Positions 14,378 to 28,800 of a DNA stretch of 64,000 bases are shown here, piece by piece (positions within the stretch are counted from its first letter, which is position 1; each line of letters opens with the position of its first letter). The notes under the pieces are model-generated. The model ran no database searches. It was given only the letters and a program-made list of their open reading frames with translations, and was not told the origin of the DNA. The position numbers and the translations under genes were made by a program. This stretch comes from the human T2T-CHM13v2.0 reference genome, Homo sapiens. The stretch is taken from NCBI RefSeq assembly GCF_009914755.1, contig NC_060925.1; one strand, given 5' to 3'.

Positions 14378-15594
14378 CAGTGGTTCTCAAACTTTTTGAT
14401 ATAGGAACTCCTTTTATACTCTTAAAAATTATTAAGGATTGCCCAAAGAGCTTTTGTTTTGTTTTGTTTTGTTTTGGGTTATATCTATTGATATTTACCA
14501 ATATCAGTAAATTTGCCATTTACTGAAAAAATTTTAAAATATTAAAACAATAGTAAAGCCATCATGTTAACATAAATTATATTTTAATGCACATAACTAT
14601 TTCTCCTCCGACAAAAAAATGAAAAGAGTGGCATCGGTTTACATTTTTGCAAATCTTTTTATCATCTGGCTTACTATAGACAGCCGGTTTTCTTTTTTTT
14701 TTTTTTTTCATTTTCTGTTTTTTTGTTTTGTTTTGTTTTGAACCCTGAGAAGCTAGACAGCTGATTTTCATATTTGCTCCTGAATTCAATTTGTTCGAAA
14801 TGTTCTTTTGGTTGAATTGAGGAAATCCAGCTTCACACAGATATATAATTAGAAAAGAGAGGATTTTAATAGCTTTTCAAAAAATTGCGGCTATTCTTTA
14901 ATAAACACTAAAACTTGACAAGTGGTAGTTTCAAAAGTTAGTTGCAATGTAGAATCTGAAACCATAGCAGTGAACTTTTTATACTTTGCTACATTAAAAT
15001 CTATTGATATGTTTTACACTTTGAATGAATCTTTTAACCAAGCATAATTTTGAAACATCATACATTGGTCATTTGGAACATACTGGTTCACTGAGTTATG
15101 TGGACTTTTCAAATGTTAACATATTTTGTTATACAGCGTTAAAAACTCATATACATTAATATCACCACTAATCTCATCAGAAAAGTCTTTAAGTATTGGG
15201 AGACTGTCAAGCTTATGGTGGCAGATACAAGTTTTCCAAAATTTTATTTTTTGCTTGAAAGCTTAATTTTTATCATTGGCCTATCACAGGATTTCTCAAC
15301 CTCAACATTATTGTTGTTTTGGGCCAGATAATTCTTTGTTGTGGGGGGCTTCTTATACATTGTAGGATGTTTACCAGCATCTCTTACTTCTACCTGGTAG
15401 CATCCCCCATACCTCAGCTGTGAGAACGAGAATTGCCTTCAAACATTGCCAAATATCACCTGAGGGTCAGAATAGCTTCCAGCTGAGAACCCGTGGGATA
15501 TCAACACTGTCAGTTTTTCCTTCAAGTGACAGGCATAATTTATTCATTTTGAGAAAATATCACCAAATACTCAAATTCAAATAGCTATAGTTTG
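14378..15594. mobile_element. Charlie1-like hAT DNA transposon remnant, interrupted by MER20
   Basis: Starts cagtggttctcaaactttttg...tactcttaaaaattattaagga...caaagagcttttgttt...gggttatatctattgatatttacc, matching the recalled Charlie1 end; resumes after 15495. Confidence 0.75.
15287..15495. mobile_element. MER20 (hAT-Charlie MITE) nested in Charlie1
   Basis: tttctcaacc...gggccagataattctttgttgtggggg...cattgtaggatgttt...cattgccaaat...tgagaacc. Confidence 0.8.
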
Positions 15595-16034
15595 GGATAT
15601 GGTAGGTGCATGGATATATAAGGTTTTATTTCTTATTTCTTCTTATGAGCTACAAAATCTGGCACAAATGATAATAAAACCACTTTTTAGAAAATGGCCT
15701 AGGCTGGCAAATCTAAGACCATCTAGAAAAATTCAGAAATAATATCAAATGCCTCATGAAAATATTTTATTTCCTCTGTCTTCACCTCCACTAGAGCTAT
15801 GCCTTTAATACCCATGTAAATCCCCAAGGTGCAGTCTTTTCAGTAGTCATTTACAAATATTAATAGTGCAAGTGGTTTATATAGCACTATTCTATATGCT
15901 CTGGAGGACACAAATGCTACTGCTTGATCCACAAATGCTACTTCAGGAAGTTTTCACTGTAGTTGGAAAGACAGAACATAACACATAACACATTTAAAAA
16001 GCATATGAAACAAGTTATGTAGATAAAGATATAG

Positions 16035-16417
<383 letters not shown>

Positions 16418-16564
16418 TGTGATTAATTTACATGACTCCAAAAAAAATAAGAGTGTCTCATCCCACCTACTCTGGCCCATTTATTTAATAATTTACCACA
16501 TTAGATATTTGATAGGTGAGACTTGGATTTATGGCTTACCCGTGCTGCTTTGTCTTTGTTCTAG

Positions 16565-16662
16565 ACCTTTGATGAATGTGTAGCAGAAGGTGGCTCAGAC
16601 TGTGCTCCAGAGAAGCTCTGGCTTCAAATCCCGTTCTTCTGTGGCCATAGCTCCGAATGCTG
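16565..16662 (+). CDS. HS2ST1: HS2ST1 coding exon (exon 5; [33 protein letters not shown])
   Basis: ttctag|ACC acceptor and TG|gtaggg donor; 98 nt, phase 0 to 2; contains four Cys. Confidence 0.98.
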
Positions 16663-17134
16663 GTAGGGGAGATAAAGTTGGCTCAGATTGATTATCATCC
16701 TTATTATCTCTATAATCTGTGTTTCATTTCACAAGGGCTAGATATAGGGAAATCGGTGAAAGACTAGACTAAAAATAACATGTAATTCAGTAATATCTAG
16801 TTTTGCAGTTACTTTTAAATGCATTTAAAAGATTCCTCATGTAGAGTGATATCCTAATATCCTTGCATTGTTTTCTGAGATGCCGGTTTTTAGTATTTCT
16901 TATTTTTGGTGTTATGTTTTGCTGTATTCCAGCAGAGCTCTTAGAGACTGGGGGTGGGGGTGGGTGTCATAAATCTTATTTTGTCCAAAGCTTACTGTTT
17001 TAGCTATTCATGTTAAATTAAGAAAAGGCTTAGTGGGTTAAAATTCACCTGGTTTTACTGTTAAACTGATTTTGACTTTAAGAGAAGCCAAGGTTATGGC
17101 TGTGGTTTAGTTTGCTAGTAAATATCAAGTGGAA

Positions 17135-17154
17135 AATAAAGATACTTTAATAAA
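17135..17154 (+). terminator. Tandem AATAAA signals (intronic poly(A) site for a short HS2ST1 isoform)
   Basis: AATAAA at 17135-17140 and 17149-17154, followed by GU/U-rich tgtgttgagttttcagttttt. Confidence 0.65.
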
Positions 17155-17511
17155 AACTGTATTTCCTCAGAATGTGTTGAGTTTTCAGTTTTTAAAAATA
17201 ATTTTACGTATTTATTTGTTCTATTCAATCATTTTAATAGGAGAAGTAGGAGAAAAAAGGAACATATTCAAAGTTTCTTCCATAAACCATAATGAGAAAT
17301 ACAAGGAATGTCTTCATTATTTGAGATAATATTATTAGATTGCTGTGGAGTTTAAGGTCCTACTCATTAGATTACATCAAAGCCTCATAATAGTATAAGA
17401 ATTGGAAGCCTATAAAGAATGCCTTCTCAATTTTTAACCATTTCTTTAGAACAGGGATTGGCAAACTACAGGTTGTATCCTGCAGACCCAGTTTGGCCTT
17501 TCACCTGTTTT

Positions 17512-17823
<312 letters not shown>

Positions 17824-19379
17824 TAAAGTTTTATTGAAACACAGCCACATACATTTTTTTACTTATTGCTTGTGGCTGTTTTCACACTGCAGCAGCAGAG
17901 TTGAGTAATTGTAACCTAAACCATGTGTATTAGCTGTTCTTGCATTACTGTAAAGTACTACCTGAGACTGGGTAATTTATAAAGAAAAGAGGTTTAATTG
18001 GCTCACTGTTCTGCAGGATGTACAAGCATGGCACCAACAAGGGCCTCAGGAAGCTTACACTCGTGGCAGAAGGTGACGCAGGAACAGGCATATCACATGG
18101 TGGGAGCAAGAAAGTGGGCAGTAGGGGTGGGGGTATGGTTCCCAGACTTTCAAACAACCAGATCTTACGTGAACTGAGCGAGAGCTCAGTTATCACCAAG
18201 GGGATGGCACTAAACCATTCATGACAGATCTGCTCCCATGAGCCAATCACCTCCCACCAGGCCCTACCTCCAGCATTGGGAATCACATTTCAACATGAGA
18301 TTTGGAGGGAACAAACATCCAAACCATATTATTCTGCCCCTGGCTCACCAAATCTCATGTCTTTCTTATATTTCAAAATATATTCATCCCTTCACAGTAG
18401 TCCCAAAGTCTTATTCCAGCATTAACTCAAAAGTCCCAAGTCCAAAATCTCATCTGGAGATGAGTTCCTTCTACCTATGAGCCTGTGAGATAAAAAACAA
18501 GTTATTTATTCCCAGTAACAATGGTGGTATAGGCATTGGATAAACATTTCCCTTCCAAAAGGGAGAAATTGGCCAAAAGAAAGGCGCAGTAGGCCCCACA
18601 CAAGTCTAAAACCCAGCAGGGCAGTCATTAAATCTTAAAGCTCCAACATAATCCTTGACTTCATCTCCTGCATCCTGGTGCAAGGGGTGGGCTCCCAAGG
18701 CCTTGAGCAGCCCTGCCCCCATGGCTTTGCAGGGTACAGCCCACATGGCTGCTCTCATGGGTTGGAATTGAGTGTACCTGTAGTTTTTCCAGGCAAAGCG
18801 TGCAAGCCGATGGTGAGCCAACCATTCTGGGGTCTGGAGGGCATAATCACCTTCCCACAGCTCCACTAGGCAGTTCCCTGTTTGAGTCTTTGTGTGGGGT
18901 GAGGGCTGCAGTGCAACCCAGTTCTGAAATCTAGGTGGAATCTGCAATCTAGGTGGAATGCAAGCTCCTTCATGCTTGCATTCTGAGCATCTGCAGACTT
19001 AACACCACCTGGAAACCACCAATGTTTACAGTTTATGCTCCCCCAGAGTGGTGGCCCAAGCTATACCTGGACTCCTTTGAGCTGAGGCTGGAACTGGAGT
19101 GGCCGGGATGTGGGGAGCAATGTCCCAAGGCTTCTCAGGGCAGCAGGACCCTGGGCCTGCCCCCTTAAATCATTCTTCCCCCCAAGGCTTCTGGGCCTGT
19201 GATGGGAGGGGCAGCCTGGAAGATCTCTGAAATGCCTTTGAGGCCTTTTTCCCATTGTCTTGGATATTAGCAGTTGGCTCCCTTTTAGTCATGCTAACCT
19301 CCTTAATAAGTGATTGCTCCACAGTGTTATTAAATTCCTTCCCTATTCCCTGCCCTATTCCCTGGAAAATAGGCTTTCC

Positions 19380-19654
19380 AGTGGGAGTGGTTGCTCATGC
19401 CTGTAATTCCAGCACTTTGGAAGACCAAAGTGGGAGGATCACTTGAGCCCAGAAATTTGAGACTAGCCTGGGCAACCTCATCTCTACAAAACATAAAGTT
19501 AGCCAGGTGTGGTGGCATATGCCCATAGTCCCAGCTACTTGGGAGGCTAAGGTAGGAAGAACACATGAGTCCAGGAGGTTAAGGCTGCAGTGAGCCAAGA
19601 TCCAGCCTGGGTAACAGAGCAAGACCCTGTCTTTAAAACAAAAAACAACAAAAA
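19380..19654 (+). mobile_element. Alu (AluJ-like) within the MaLR internal region
   Basis: ggaggatcacttgagcccag...gactagcctgggcaac; ggctttcc on both flanks. Confidence 0.9.
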
Positions 19655-19808
19655 GAGGGGGCTTTCCTTCTCTACCACATGGCCAGGCTGTGAATTTTCC
19701 AAATGTTTATGCTCTGCCTCCCTTTAAAATGTAAGTTCCAACTTTAAGTCATTCCTTTGCTCTTGCATTTGATTGTAGCCTCTTAGACACAGCCAGGCCA
19801 CATCTTAA

Positions 19809-20192
<384 letters not shown>

Positions 20193-20775
20193 AGTCATCA
20201 CTCTAAGTTCAAACTTCCATAGATCTCTAGAACTTGGACACCACATAGCCAAGTTCTTTGCTAAGGCATAACACAGGTGACCTTTACTCCAGTTCTCAGT
20301 AACTTCTTCATTTCCCTCTGAGACCTCATCAGCCTGGACTTCTGTCCATATTTCTGTCAGCATTTTTATCACAATCATTAAACCAGTCTCGACTTAAGAA
20401 ATTTCAAAGTTTCCCTCTTCTTCCTGTCTTCTTCTGAGCCCTTCAAATTCTTCCAACCGCTGCCCATTACCCAGTTCCAAAGCCACTTTCCCATTTTCAG
20501 GTATCTTTATAGCAACACCCAACTCCTTAGTACCAATTTTCTCTATTAGGCCATTCTTACATTACTGTGAAGGAATACCTGAGATGGTAATTTATAATGA
20601 AAAAAGGTTTACTTGGCTCATGGTTCTGCAGGCTGTGCAAGCATGGCACCAACATCTGTTTGGCTTATGATGCAGGCCTCAGGAAGCTTACAATCATGGC
20701 AGAAAGTGAAGTGCGAGCAGGCACATCATATGGCAAGAGTGGGAGAAAGAGAGTGAAGGGGGAGGACCCAGTCGT

Positions 20776-21109
<334 letters not shown>

Positions 21110-22158
21110 CTAATGAACTAACTGAGCCAAGAACTCAGTCATCACCAAGGGGATGGTGCTAAACCATTCACAAGGGACCTGCTCCCATGATCCAGTTACC
21201 TCCCACCAAGCCCAGCCTCCAACACTGGGAATCACATTTCAGAATGAGAGTTAGAGGGAACAAATATCCAAACCATATCACTATGTAGTCTGCAAAACCT
21301 AAAATATTTATCCTCTGGCCTTTTATATAAAAAGTTTGCCAATCCCTGCCTTAGAACAATAAAGACTTGCTCTATTGGGCATTTTTGAGAAGTTAATTGT
21401 ATTTCTTTAGTATGTTTCATAGATTCACAGAACTGGGAGGGTTCTTAGAAACCAATTAATCACTGTTCCCCTCCCCCTCTTTGTTTTTTTTAATAGTTTG
21501 AGAAAACAAAATTGAGAAAGGTGAAGCCACCAGCTCAAGATCATACTGCTACTTAAATGCAGAGCTAGAATTTGGATTAAGGAATATTTGTGCTAAAAAG
21601 AACCCAAAAGTATAGTTTATTTTGGATCAAATCTCTGTTAATAGCATTAGCTGACAATGTAAATTAAAATAAAAATAAAAGATTCTTAGCAGAGCCATTA
21701 TCTATTTTCTGTTCCTCAGAAATTTCAGAAAACACTTAGCTCACAAAAACCCGAAACTCACACAATAAGCAGTAAACACAAATTGTTTACACTTTGCTAG
21801 AGAGCTCTTAACAGAATTTAGAGTAGTTTAAAAAAGTTAAAACACACACTAAATCATATGGGAGGGGTGTATGTTTCTTATATCCATATACATTTTTAAA
21901 GTGCCCTTAAACTAAATTGCTCATGTTAAGAGTCCTCTGGTAAACTCTGAATTAGCACTCATAGTTGAGCAGAAACTGGAGATGGAAGCAAATGAAATTG
22001 GAAACAGGTGTGCCTCCCACAGGATGGTAATAAAGAGGCATTGAGGCTTTGGATATACATGTGTTTATCTATTTTCTCTGTAATATATGGTGTCAAAGGC
22101 ACCAGAAACACTCAGCAGATTTCACAACCAGGTTTTAATTCCTTTTCTTTGGTTTCAG

Positions 22159-22316
22159 GAATGTGGGAAGCAGGTGGGCTATGGATCAAGCCAAGTATAA
22201 CCTAATTAATGAATATTTTCTGGTGGGAGTTACTGAAGAACTTGAAGATTTTATCATGTTATTGGAGGCAGCATTGCCCCGGTTTTTCAGGGGTGCTACT
22301 GAACTCTATCGCACAG
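22159..22316 (+). CDS. HS2ST1: HS2ST1 coding exon (exon 6; NVGSRWAMDQAKYNLINEYFLVGVTEELEDFIMLLEAALPRFFRGATELYRT)
   Basis: tttcag|G acceptor and ACAG|gtatat donor; 158 nt, phase 2 to 1. Confidence 0.98.
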
Positions 22317-23196
22317 GTATATAAAGGAAGGGTTTCTTTTTAAAGCTTTCTTTGGTTTGGTTTTTTGGTTTGCAACTTGTAAATATGTGATTTGAAGTTT
22401 CTTCAGTGAAACACAACAGATAGCTCCAGAAAGGCAGGTATCTTGTCGGTTTCTGCTCACTATTTTCAATTGAGTAACTGTGAATTAGGTGAAAATTAGA
22501 AGGCACTGTAGAAATAGTGGAATGATACAAAGTACAGAACCAGCCATAGAAATGTATGGTATTCAATAATGCCAGATATCAAACATTAGGCCTGTGTATA
22601 AGTCCTGCCTACTACCATTTTGAAGTAGAGGTGTGATAGGGGAACTGAAGTATGCCTAAGCCATGTTTTAGCAGCCTCAGCCGTATTATCATGTGTCTGA
22701 AAGTGATAAGCTAATTGTGTTTTTGTTTTGTTTCGTTTTTTGCTATTGCTTGATAAGATGCAGTCATAGGAACTCTTCTCCTTGAGGATGCATATGCCCT
22801 AGCTTCTAACACATAATTTTAGAGAATACAGATTATGAGAAAATAGAATACAGTTTGACAATAGGTATTTTATCAAAAATAAACTAGTCTCAGAGCACCA
22901 AGCACTTGAGAATATAGTGTGTGAGGTGACAGCCTACACTTTACTGTGTGCCAATCCTTACATTGACTATTTGACATTTCATTAAGTCTTTACTAGGTTA
23001 AGGATTAACATTCTAAAGGACTGAATCATGGCTCTAGTTTGATCAAGGCTCCGTTTTTACCTGAATTATATAAGACAATTATGTTACCTGTTCTTAATGT
23101 GTCATATTAACCACCTCTTCAAATAAAGAGGCATTGATCTTTTGTGTGTTCTCCAAGAATTATTTACCTTTCCTTTTTTTCCCCCTTTGTAAGTAG

Positions 23197-23423
23197 GAAA
23201 GAAATCTCATCTTAGGAAAACCACAGAGAAGAAACTCCCCACTAAACAAACCATTGCAAAACTACAGCAATCTGATATTTGGAAAATGGAGAATGAGTTC
23301 TATGAATTTGCACTAGAGCAGTTCCAATTCATCAGAGCCCATGCCGTTCGAGAAAAAGATGGAGACCTCTACATCCTCGCACAAAACTTTTTCTATGAAA
23401 AGATTTACCCTAAGTCGAACTGA
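23197..23423 (+). CDS. HS2ST1: HS2ST1 last coding exon (exon 7; GKKSHLRKTTEKK...QNFFYEKIYPKSN*)
   Basis: Polypyrimidine tract then aagtag|GA; open frame to TGA at 23421-23423; matches the recalled HS2ST1 C-terminus. Confidence 0.98.
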
Positions 23424-24581
23424 GTATAAGGTGTGACTATTGGATTCTTGAACTAAAATTTGACCCTGTCTTCACCTTTGTTCTCAGCTCCACAGTCTGG
23501 ATTGCTGACAGTAGGTGTATATGACAATTTGTATTGAGCCAAATTAGGAAACAGACAGTAACGTCAAGGAAGTAGATACTGGCTGGCATTGTCAGTGTTC
23601 TAAGTTTCAGGCATTTTTATTTTTCCTGGCTAAACGTTGGTGAAAGTTATAACCTCCTGCCTGGGAGAAAATATACATCACCTAAAATGAACTTATGGCA
23701 GGTCTAATCAAAAGGCTAAATACAATTTCAGAAAAGGTTCTGATACTCTTGTTTTTGATAAAGCATTTTTTCAACTAACCATGAATTAAGATGAGTCCAT
23801 TTGCCTCTTCTGCCTTCACTGAGGGTTTGGGTTATACACCTCTACTGAATTGTGTTAATAACTGTTTGGCAGTGTGTACTTTGTTTTTGTGAGTCATGTC
23901 TCATGAAATTTATTGGAATGTTTAATCATATTTGCTAAGAAATGTTTCTGCTGTAGTTGGATTTGCCCATATTTATGTAGGTGGTTTTAATTTTTTAAAT
24001 GGTGATTAGTGTTAAAAATCAATTTAAATCATGACTAATATGGTAAAAAGATAAAGCATCAAAGCAGTATTTCTCATTCCTGCCTCCTCAATATCTAATA
24101 CTGGGAAGATACTTCAAAGAATATTGAGATTGTCTGAAGTTTTAGTTAAGATTTTCACACATTAATATCAAAAAAGTAAGTTTAGTATTTGTTTCTCCAT
24201 GGGTTATTTGTAAAGCTGTAAACTGAGATATCGGTGACTCCGTATTATGACTCCATTAGTGAGCTGTGGTATGGGTAGGATTTTCCTACTTCTTCTGTAC
24301 TTTTACCTGTAGACTATTTTTACTAAGGTGCTTTATAATGTGTTTTAAAGCATTGCATTTACAAAACAAGGAAAATGCTGTAAATATTGCATATTTTATG
24401 TATTTGGACCAAAAGGTTACAAGTAATTAGACAAAAGTGGTTTTGCACCAATTTTATGTCAAGTAAAACCATCAGACCTACTGTTCTTGTATTTCTCATT
24501 TAACTTTACTGTTAAGACATCACTGAAATGAACTTCAGTAAGCTTTCAATTTTGATACACAGTTCATTATTCATAACTTGA

Positions 24582-24832
24582 GGCAGTAATTACAGTGGAA
24601 TGAGTACTGGACAAGGAGTCAAAAAACTTGATTTCAGGTCCTAGCTCTAGCACTTACAGCTGTGTGATCTTGGGCAAGTCACTTAACCTCTCTTTGCCTC
24701 AATTTCCTCATCTTGAAATGAGGATAATAATACCTGCTGTACCTACCTCACAGGGCTGTTGTGAGGATTAAATGAGATGGCATGTGAAAGCACTTTGAAA
24801 ATTGTAAAGCGCTATGTAAATGTAAGGTATTA
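24582..24832 (+). mobile_element. MIR (MIR3/MIRc-like) in the 3' UTR
   Basis: cagctgtgtgatcttgggcaagtcacttaacctctct...tacctcacagggctgttgtgaggattaaatgag...gtaaagcgctat. Confidence 0.88.
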
Positions 24833-25636
24833 TAGAAACATCTTTAACATATAGTTTCATACCATTCATTTTTTAACAAAGAAAGGGAAAAGTCTGCTTG
24901 TAAGCTGGTTGAAAAAGTTAATCTTGATATAAATTTGTGTTTGATAAATATCCTCTCAGTGTTTTATCTTCCATGTTTCAACAACTATTGAAATATGAAA
25001 TGCCTGTGAACTCTTAAAGCTTCATGAGCAGCTGCTTGAGTTCAGGAAGTTCACTGTTAGAAATAGGCTTTGTTAGCTGACTAGGGTCAGGGAAACTTTT
25101 CTCTTCAAATTTGAAAGCTGTTTCTGTTTTCATTTTACATTATTATTCAGAAATGGTAGCTATTCTATACCTATGGTTTAAGTAAATATTTCTGAATAAG
25201 GCTTCACCATACTGTAAGCATTTTAGGTAGATTGCCTTAAAGGTTATGGGAGGGCATGAGGGAACACTTCTTATGAGAAAACATTTATAAACAAAAGAAA
25301 CATTTATAAACTAAAGAAAAACTAAAAGAATGACAGAACAATCATCTTAGCACCCTTTCCTCACAATAATATAAAAATATTAAAAGAACATAGGCAGGCT
25401 TTTTTTAAATTTGGCTTTTTTCTTTCCTTTTTTCAAATTGACTTTTATAGGTATTTCCTGAAAGTGTATACAAATTATTTCCTCGCCCAAAATAAAGCAC
25501 CACTTCAAGGTGTGGTTTGACATTACATGCTAATGAACAAACCCAGTATGCAAGTTATTCTTGCACCACATGCTCAAATCTTCTTGAGGTGCATTAACTC
25601 TTTTAGGTAACTAGAGCAGTACTTGGTGAACTAGAT

Positions 25637-25835
25637 CAGGAGGTCAGTAAACTTTCTGTGGAAGGGCCAGAGAGTAAATATTTTAGGCTTTGCAGCCCAT
25701 ACGGTCTCTGTCACAGCTAGTCAACCCTGCCATTTTACCACAAAAGCAGCAATAGACATTATGTAAACAAATGAGCACAGTTATGTTCCAATAAAACTTT
25801 ATTTACAAAAACAGATGACATCCCAGATGCAGACC
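25637..25835. mobile_element. MER58A in the 3' UTR
   Basis: aaactttctgtggaagggccagagagtaaatattttaggctttgcag...gttccaataaaactttatttacaaaaacag. Confidence 0.85.
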
Positions 25836-28800
25836 ATGGGCAACCAACCATTGCACTGGCCAAATCATTATTTATGGAGAAATCCTCTTTGTGTCTCTAC
25901 TCTAGATGCCTAAAAGAGTTTATATACTTCTAAAAGCTCCTAACTTATATCCAAAGAATTGCTTTCTGATTCGTGTAGTCTCTCCCACAGATTCATAAAC
26001 TTTTATGACTTATATTGTTTCCAGGTGGGCATGGTTTATTTCCCAGTTTAACAGTTCAGAATAGGGGCATTTATTTTATCATATTTTAGGGTGGGTTAGG
26101 AGTATCCTTTCTGGAGACTGAGAAAGGGGTGTATTTAATTCCATCAGGTCCAGTACAGTACTAGGAGTCATAATACTTTATAATCAATTAAATAAATAGA
26201 ACCACTGAGACAATAATGTATTTTTTTAAAGTGGCAAATGTGGTTTTCTTTTTTCAGCCTTTGCGCTTTTTCAGTATTTTGACCATAGGGAGATAATTTT
26301 TTTATAATACAAAAGTAACCACTTGGAATTTTAAAGATAATGTTATGTGTGTATGTGAAATATATATACATATATATATATGTTTATTTCCTAAAAGAAG
26401 AAAAGATACCTTTCTGTTCAACTTGTATCAACTCCTCTTTTCTAATTGCTGTGAAATGGCAACTGTTGATAAATTATTGTGATTGTTTTAAAATCTAATG
26501 GGAAGTAAAATATATTTTGATTTTACCCAGCTTAATCTGTAAAGTAGCACTTAAATATATCTGATAGCAACACTTAAGATATTGCATGGGGATTACTTTC
26601 CTATCATCCATATGCATTTGTGCAACTTCAAACATATTGGGTGCTTCTGAATTCCTGATGATTGGATTTAAGCTATTGAAAATTGGATAATTTAAACTTA
26701 ATGATTTTTATAATTTTCTGATCTTAAAATTTGGTTAATGCCTATAATCTGTTGCTTTTTCTCAATATGTGTCCTATTGGAAATTCCTCAAATCGTTGGT
26801 GCCATCAGTGATTTACAAACAATATTTTGATATTGCAGATGACTTGCTTACTGTATTTGCATTGTTAGAAAACAGTTTGTAGACAATGATTCTTTTTTAA
26901 TAAAATCAAATAATTCTAAAAGTGCTAGAGAATTTAACTAAAAGCTGGTTCCCAAATGCATAGCTGGCATTTTAATTTAAATTCAAATCTACATAGAGAA
27001 CATCTGTGTAAATCATCTAACTGGATTTTTCCATTGGTCATTCCCAAACACACCTATGGTCCTAGAATCCTTAAGAGAAGCACCCTGTAACCTTTTATGT
27101 GGTTTGCCTTTAAGAGGCCCAGGTGCTTCTCCTTTATGATTTGAGTTGGCCTCTTCATAAATTAGTGCTGTTTACTTTCAGAGGAAGCAGAGAAGTTGCT
27201 GTTATGTTTTTGCATCCGTTTACCCTATGCAAAGTTGCTGTATGATGCCAACTAAACTACTCTTTAGGCAGCCTTCTGAGGAGAAAAGCAACCCTGTTTC
27301 AAATCCACTGCCAATTCAGCTCCTCTGGAGTGGAGCTTTCTGATTTCTTGGAGCAGGAATTTTAGAGATTGAAATGAATGATCATTTAGTCAGATTTATC
27401 CTGTAATTTCATGCAGCTTTGTGGCCTTTGCAGTACTATTTATAAAATGGACCCTGATGGTGATGAACTCTTTAGAACGCATTACTGTTAAGCCTGTGTT
27501 GAGACATTGATGCTGTCTATCTCATTTTTTAGACAGTTTTTGTAGCTTTCTATTGAGAGTCAGGTATGTGAGCATCTCTGAAGCAGTGTTGAATGTAATT
27601 TTCGGAAACATGGATTGTGTATTTTGACTTTTATTTTATAAATACACAGCTCAACAGTGCCTTTTTTTTCCCTCATAGTCCTGTTGGAAGATGCTCACTA
27701 CTTTCTCTCTTCTCTCTCCCTGCCCTCCCCCACTCCATTCAGTTGATTCATTTATGCAAATTCTGTTTCCAACTTGAAACCATTTTGTCACATCTGTTGG
27801 AGAGATAATCACTCCTTTTCCTTAACATTCTGCCAGCTTTCTGATGTTGAAGTGTTTCAGTTGACTACCTGATGCAAAAGCTATAAAATAAACAGTGGGA
27901 AGGGGAAAAATTGGTGTCCTGTTTTAATATTTTCTTTTGTAGCCTTGACACTGATGGACATTTTCCAAGCTGACTCAGTGTTCAGTGTCAACTTAACTCT
28001 CAGATAGTGTTGCCATCAAGAAAGCATGCAACATCATTGGTTTCTAATGATTTTATGGCTTGTGACAATATTTTATCTGGACTGACATGCCTCTGCTGCT
28101 TTTGCTTTGTACTTCATTGCTGGTAATAAAATTTCAGATGGAAAACTTACAAAATATATACTTAATTAGAAGAAAAAAATAGAGAAAGGGCTATTAGAAT
28201 TAAAAAAATTTGAAAGTAACTTAATCTAACATTTATGGCACAGTTTGGACATATCCATAATTTTTTTTGGGAACACACATTTCTGATTTTTTTTTTCCCC
28301 CTTAAAGAAGAAAGTCTCAATTCCATTGATTTTCAATTCTTAGCCACTGGCTCATTGCTTTGAGCAATGCTTGATTGATTCTATTTATATTATATGATAT
28401 TGGGTTGATAAAATACCAGTTCAATGATGAGTTTTCTTAACAGAATTTGGTTTGTACTTGCAGTGGCTGAACAAAGAGCATGGCTTGAGAATCAAAGGGA
28501 TCTGCATTTAGCAATGTGATGTCAGTAAATGGACATAACAGGATTGTTGTAAAGGTTGGGCATGATGTATGCAAAGTACTGGCCAGGGTAGACTAATAAC
28601 TGATGGCATTTATATGCTGTGCTGGAATATTGTTACCAAGCTGATGTGCCGTTCTCACCCTGCAGAATACTGGTTTTGTCATTTCATAAATGATATTTTT
28701 ATAAATATTTTTGAATGACTGTACTTTTTACTGATTATCTTAATACCGCCTCACTTATGTACCTGTAGCATAAATATTCCTGGTTCTGATTCTTGCTGTT

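Larger units (their letters stand above)
23424..28720 (+). other. HS2ST1: HS2ST1 long 3' UTR (distal end approximate)
   Basis: AU-rich and nearly repeat-free. AATAAA at 25491, 25790, 26899, 27887 and 28125; variant signals CATAAA at 28685 and TATAAA at 28700; Pumilio element TGTAAATA at 24379-24386. The distal end partly relies on the recalled transcript length. Confidence 0.7.

Noticed and set aside
22008-22205. 65-aa ORF overlapping exon 6
   Set aside because: It is out of frame with HS2ST1 and starts in the intron.
22317-22324. Immediate stop on intron 6 read-through (GGT ATA TAA)
   Set aside because: There is no nearby strong poly(A) arrangement like that in intron 5, and early stops are expected in AT-rich introns.
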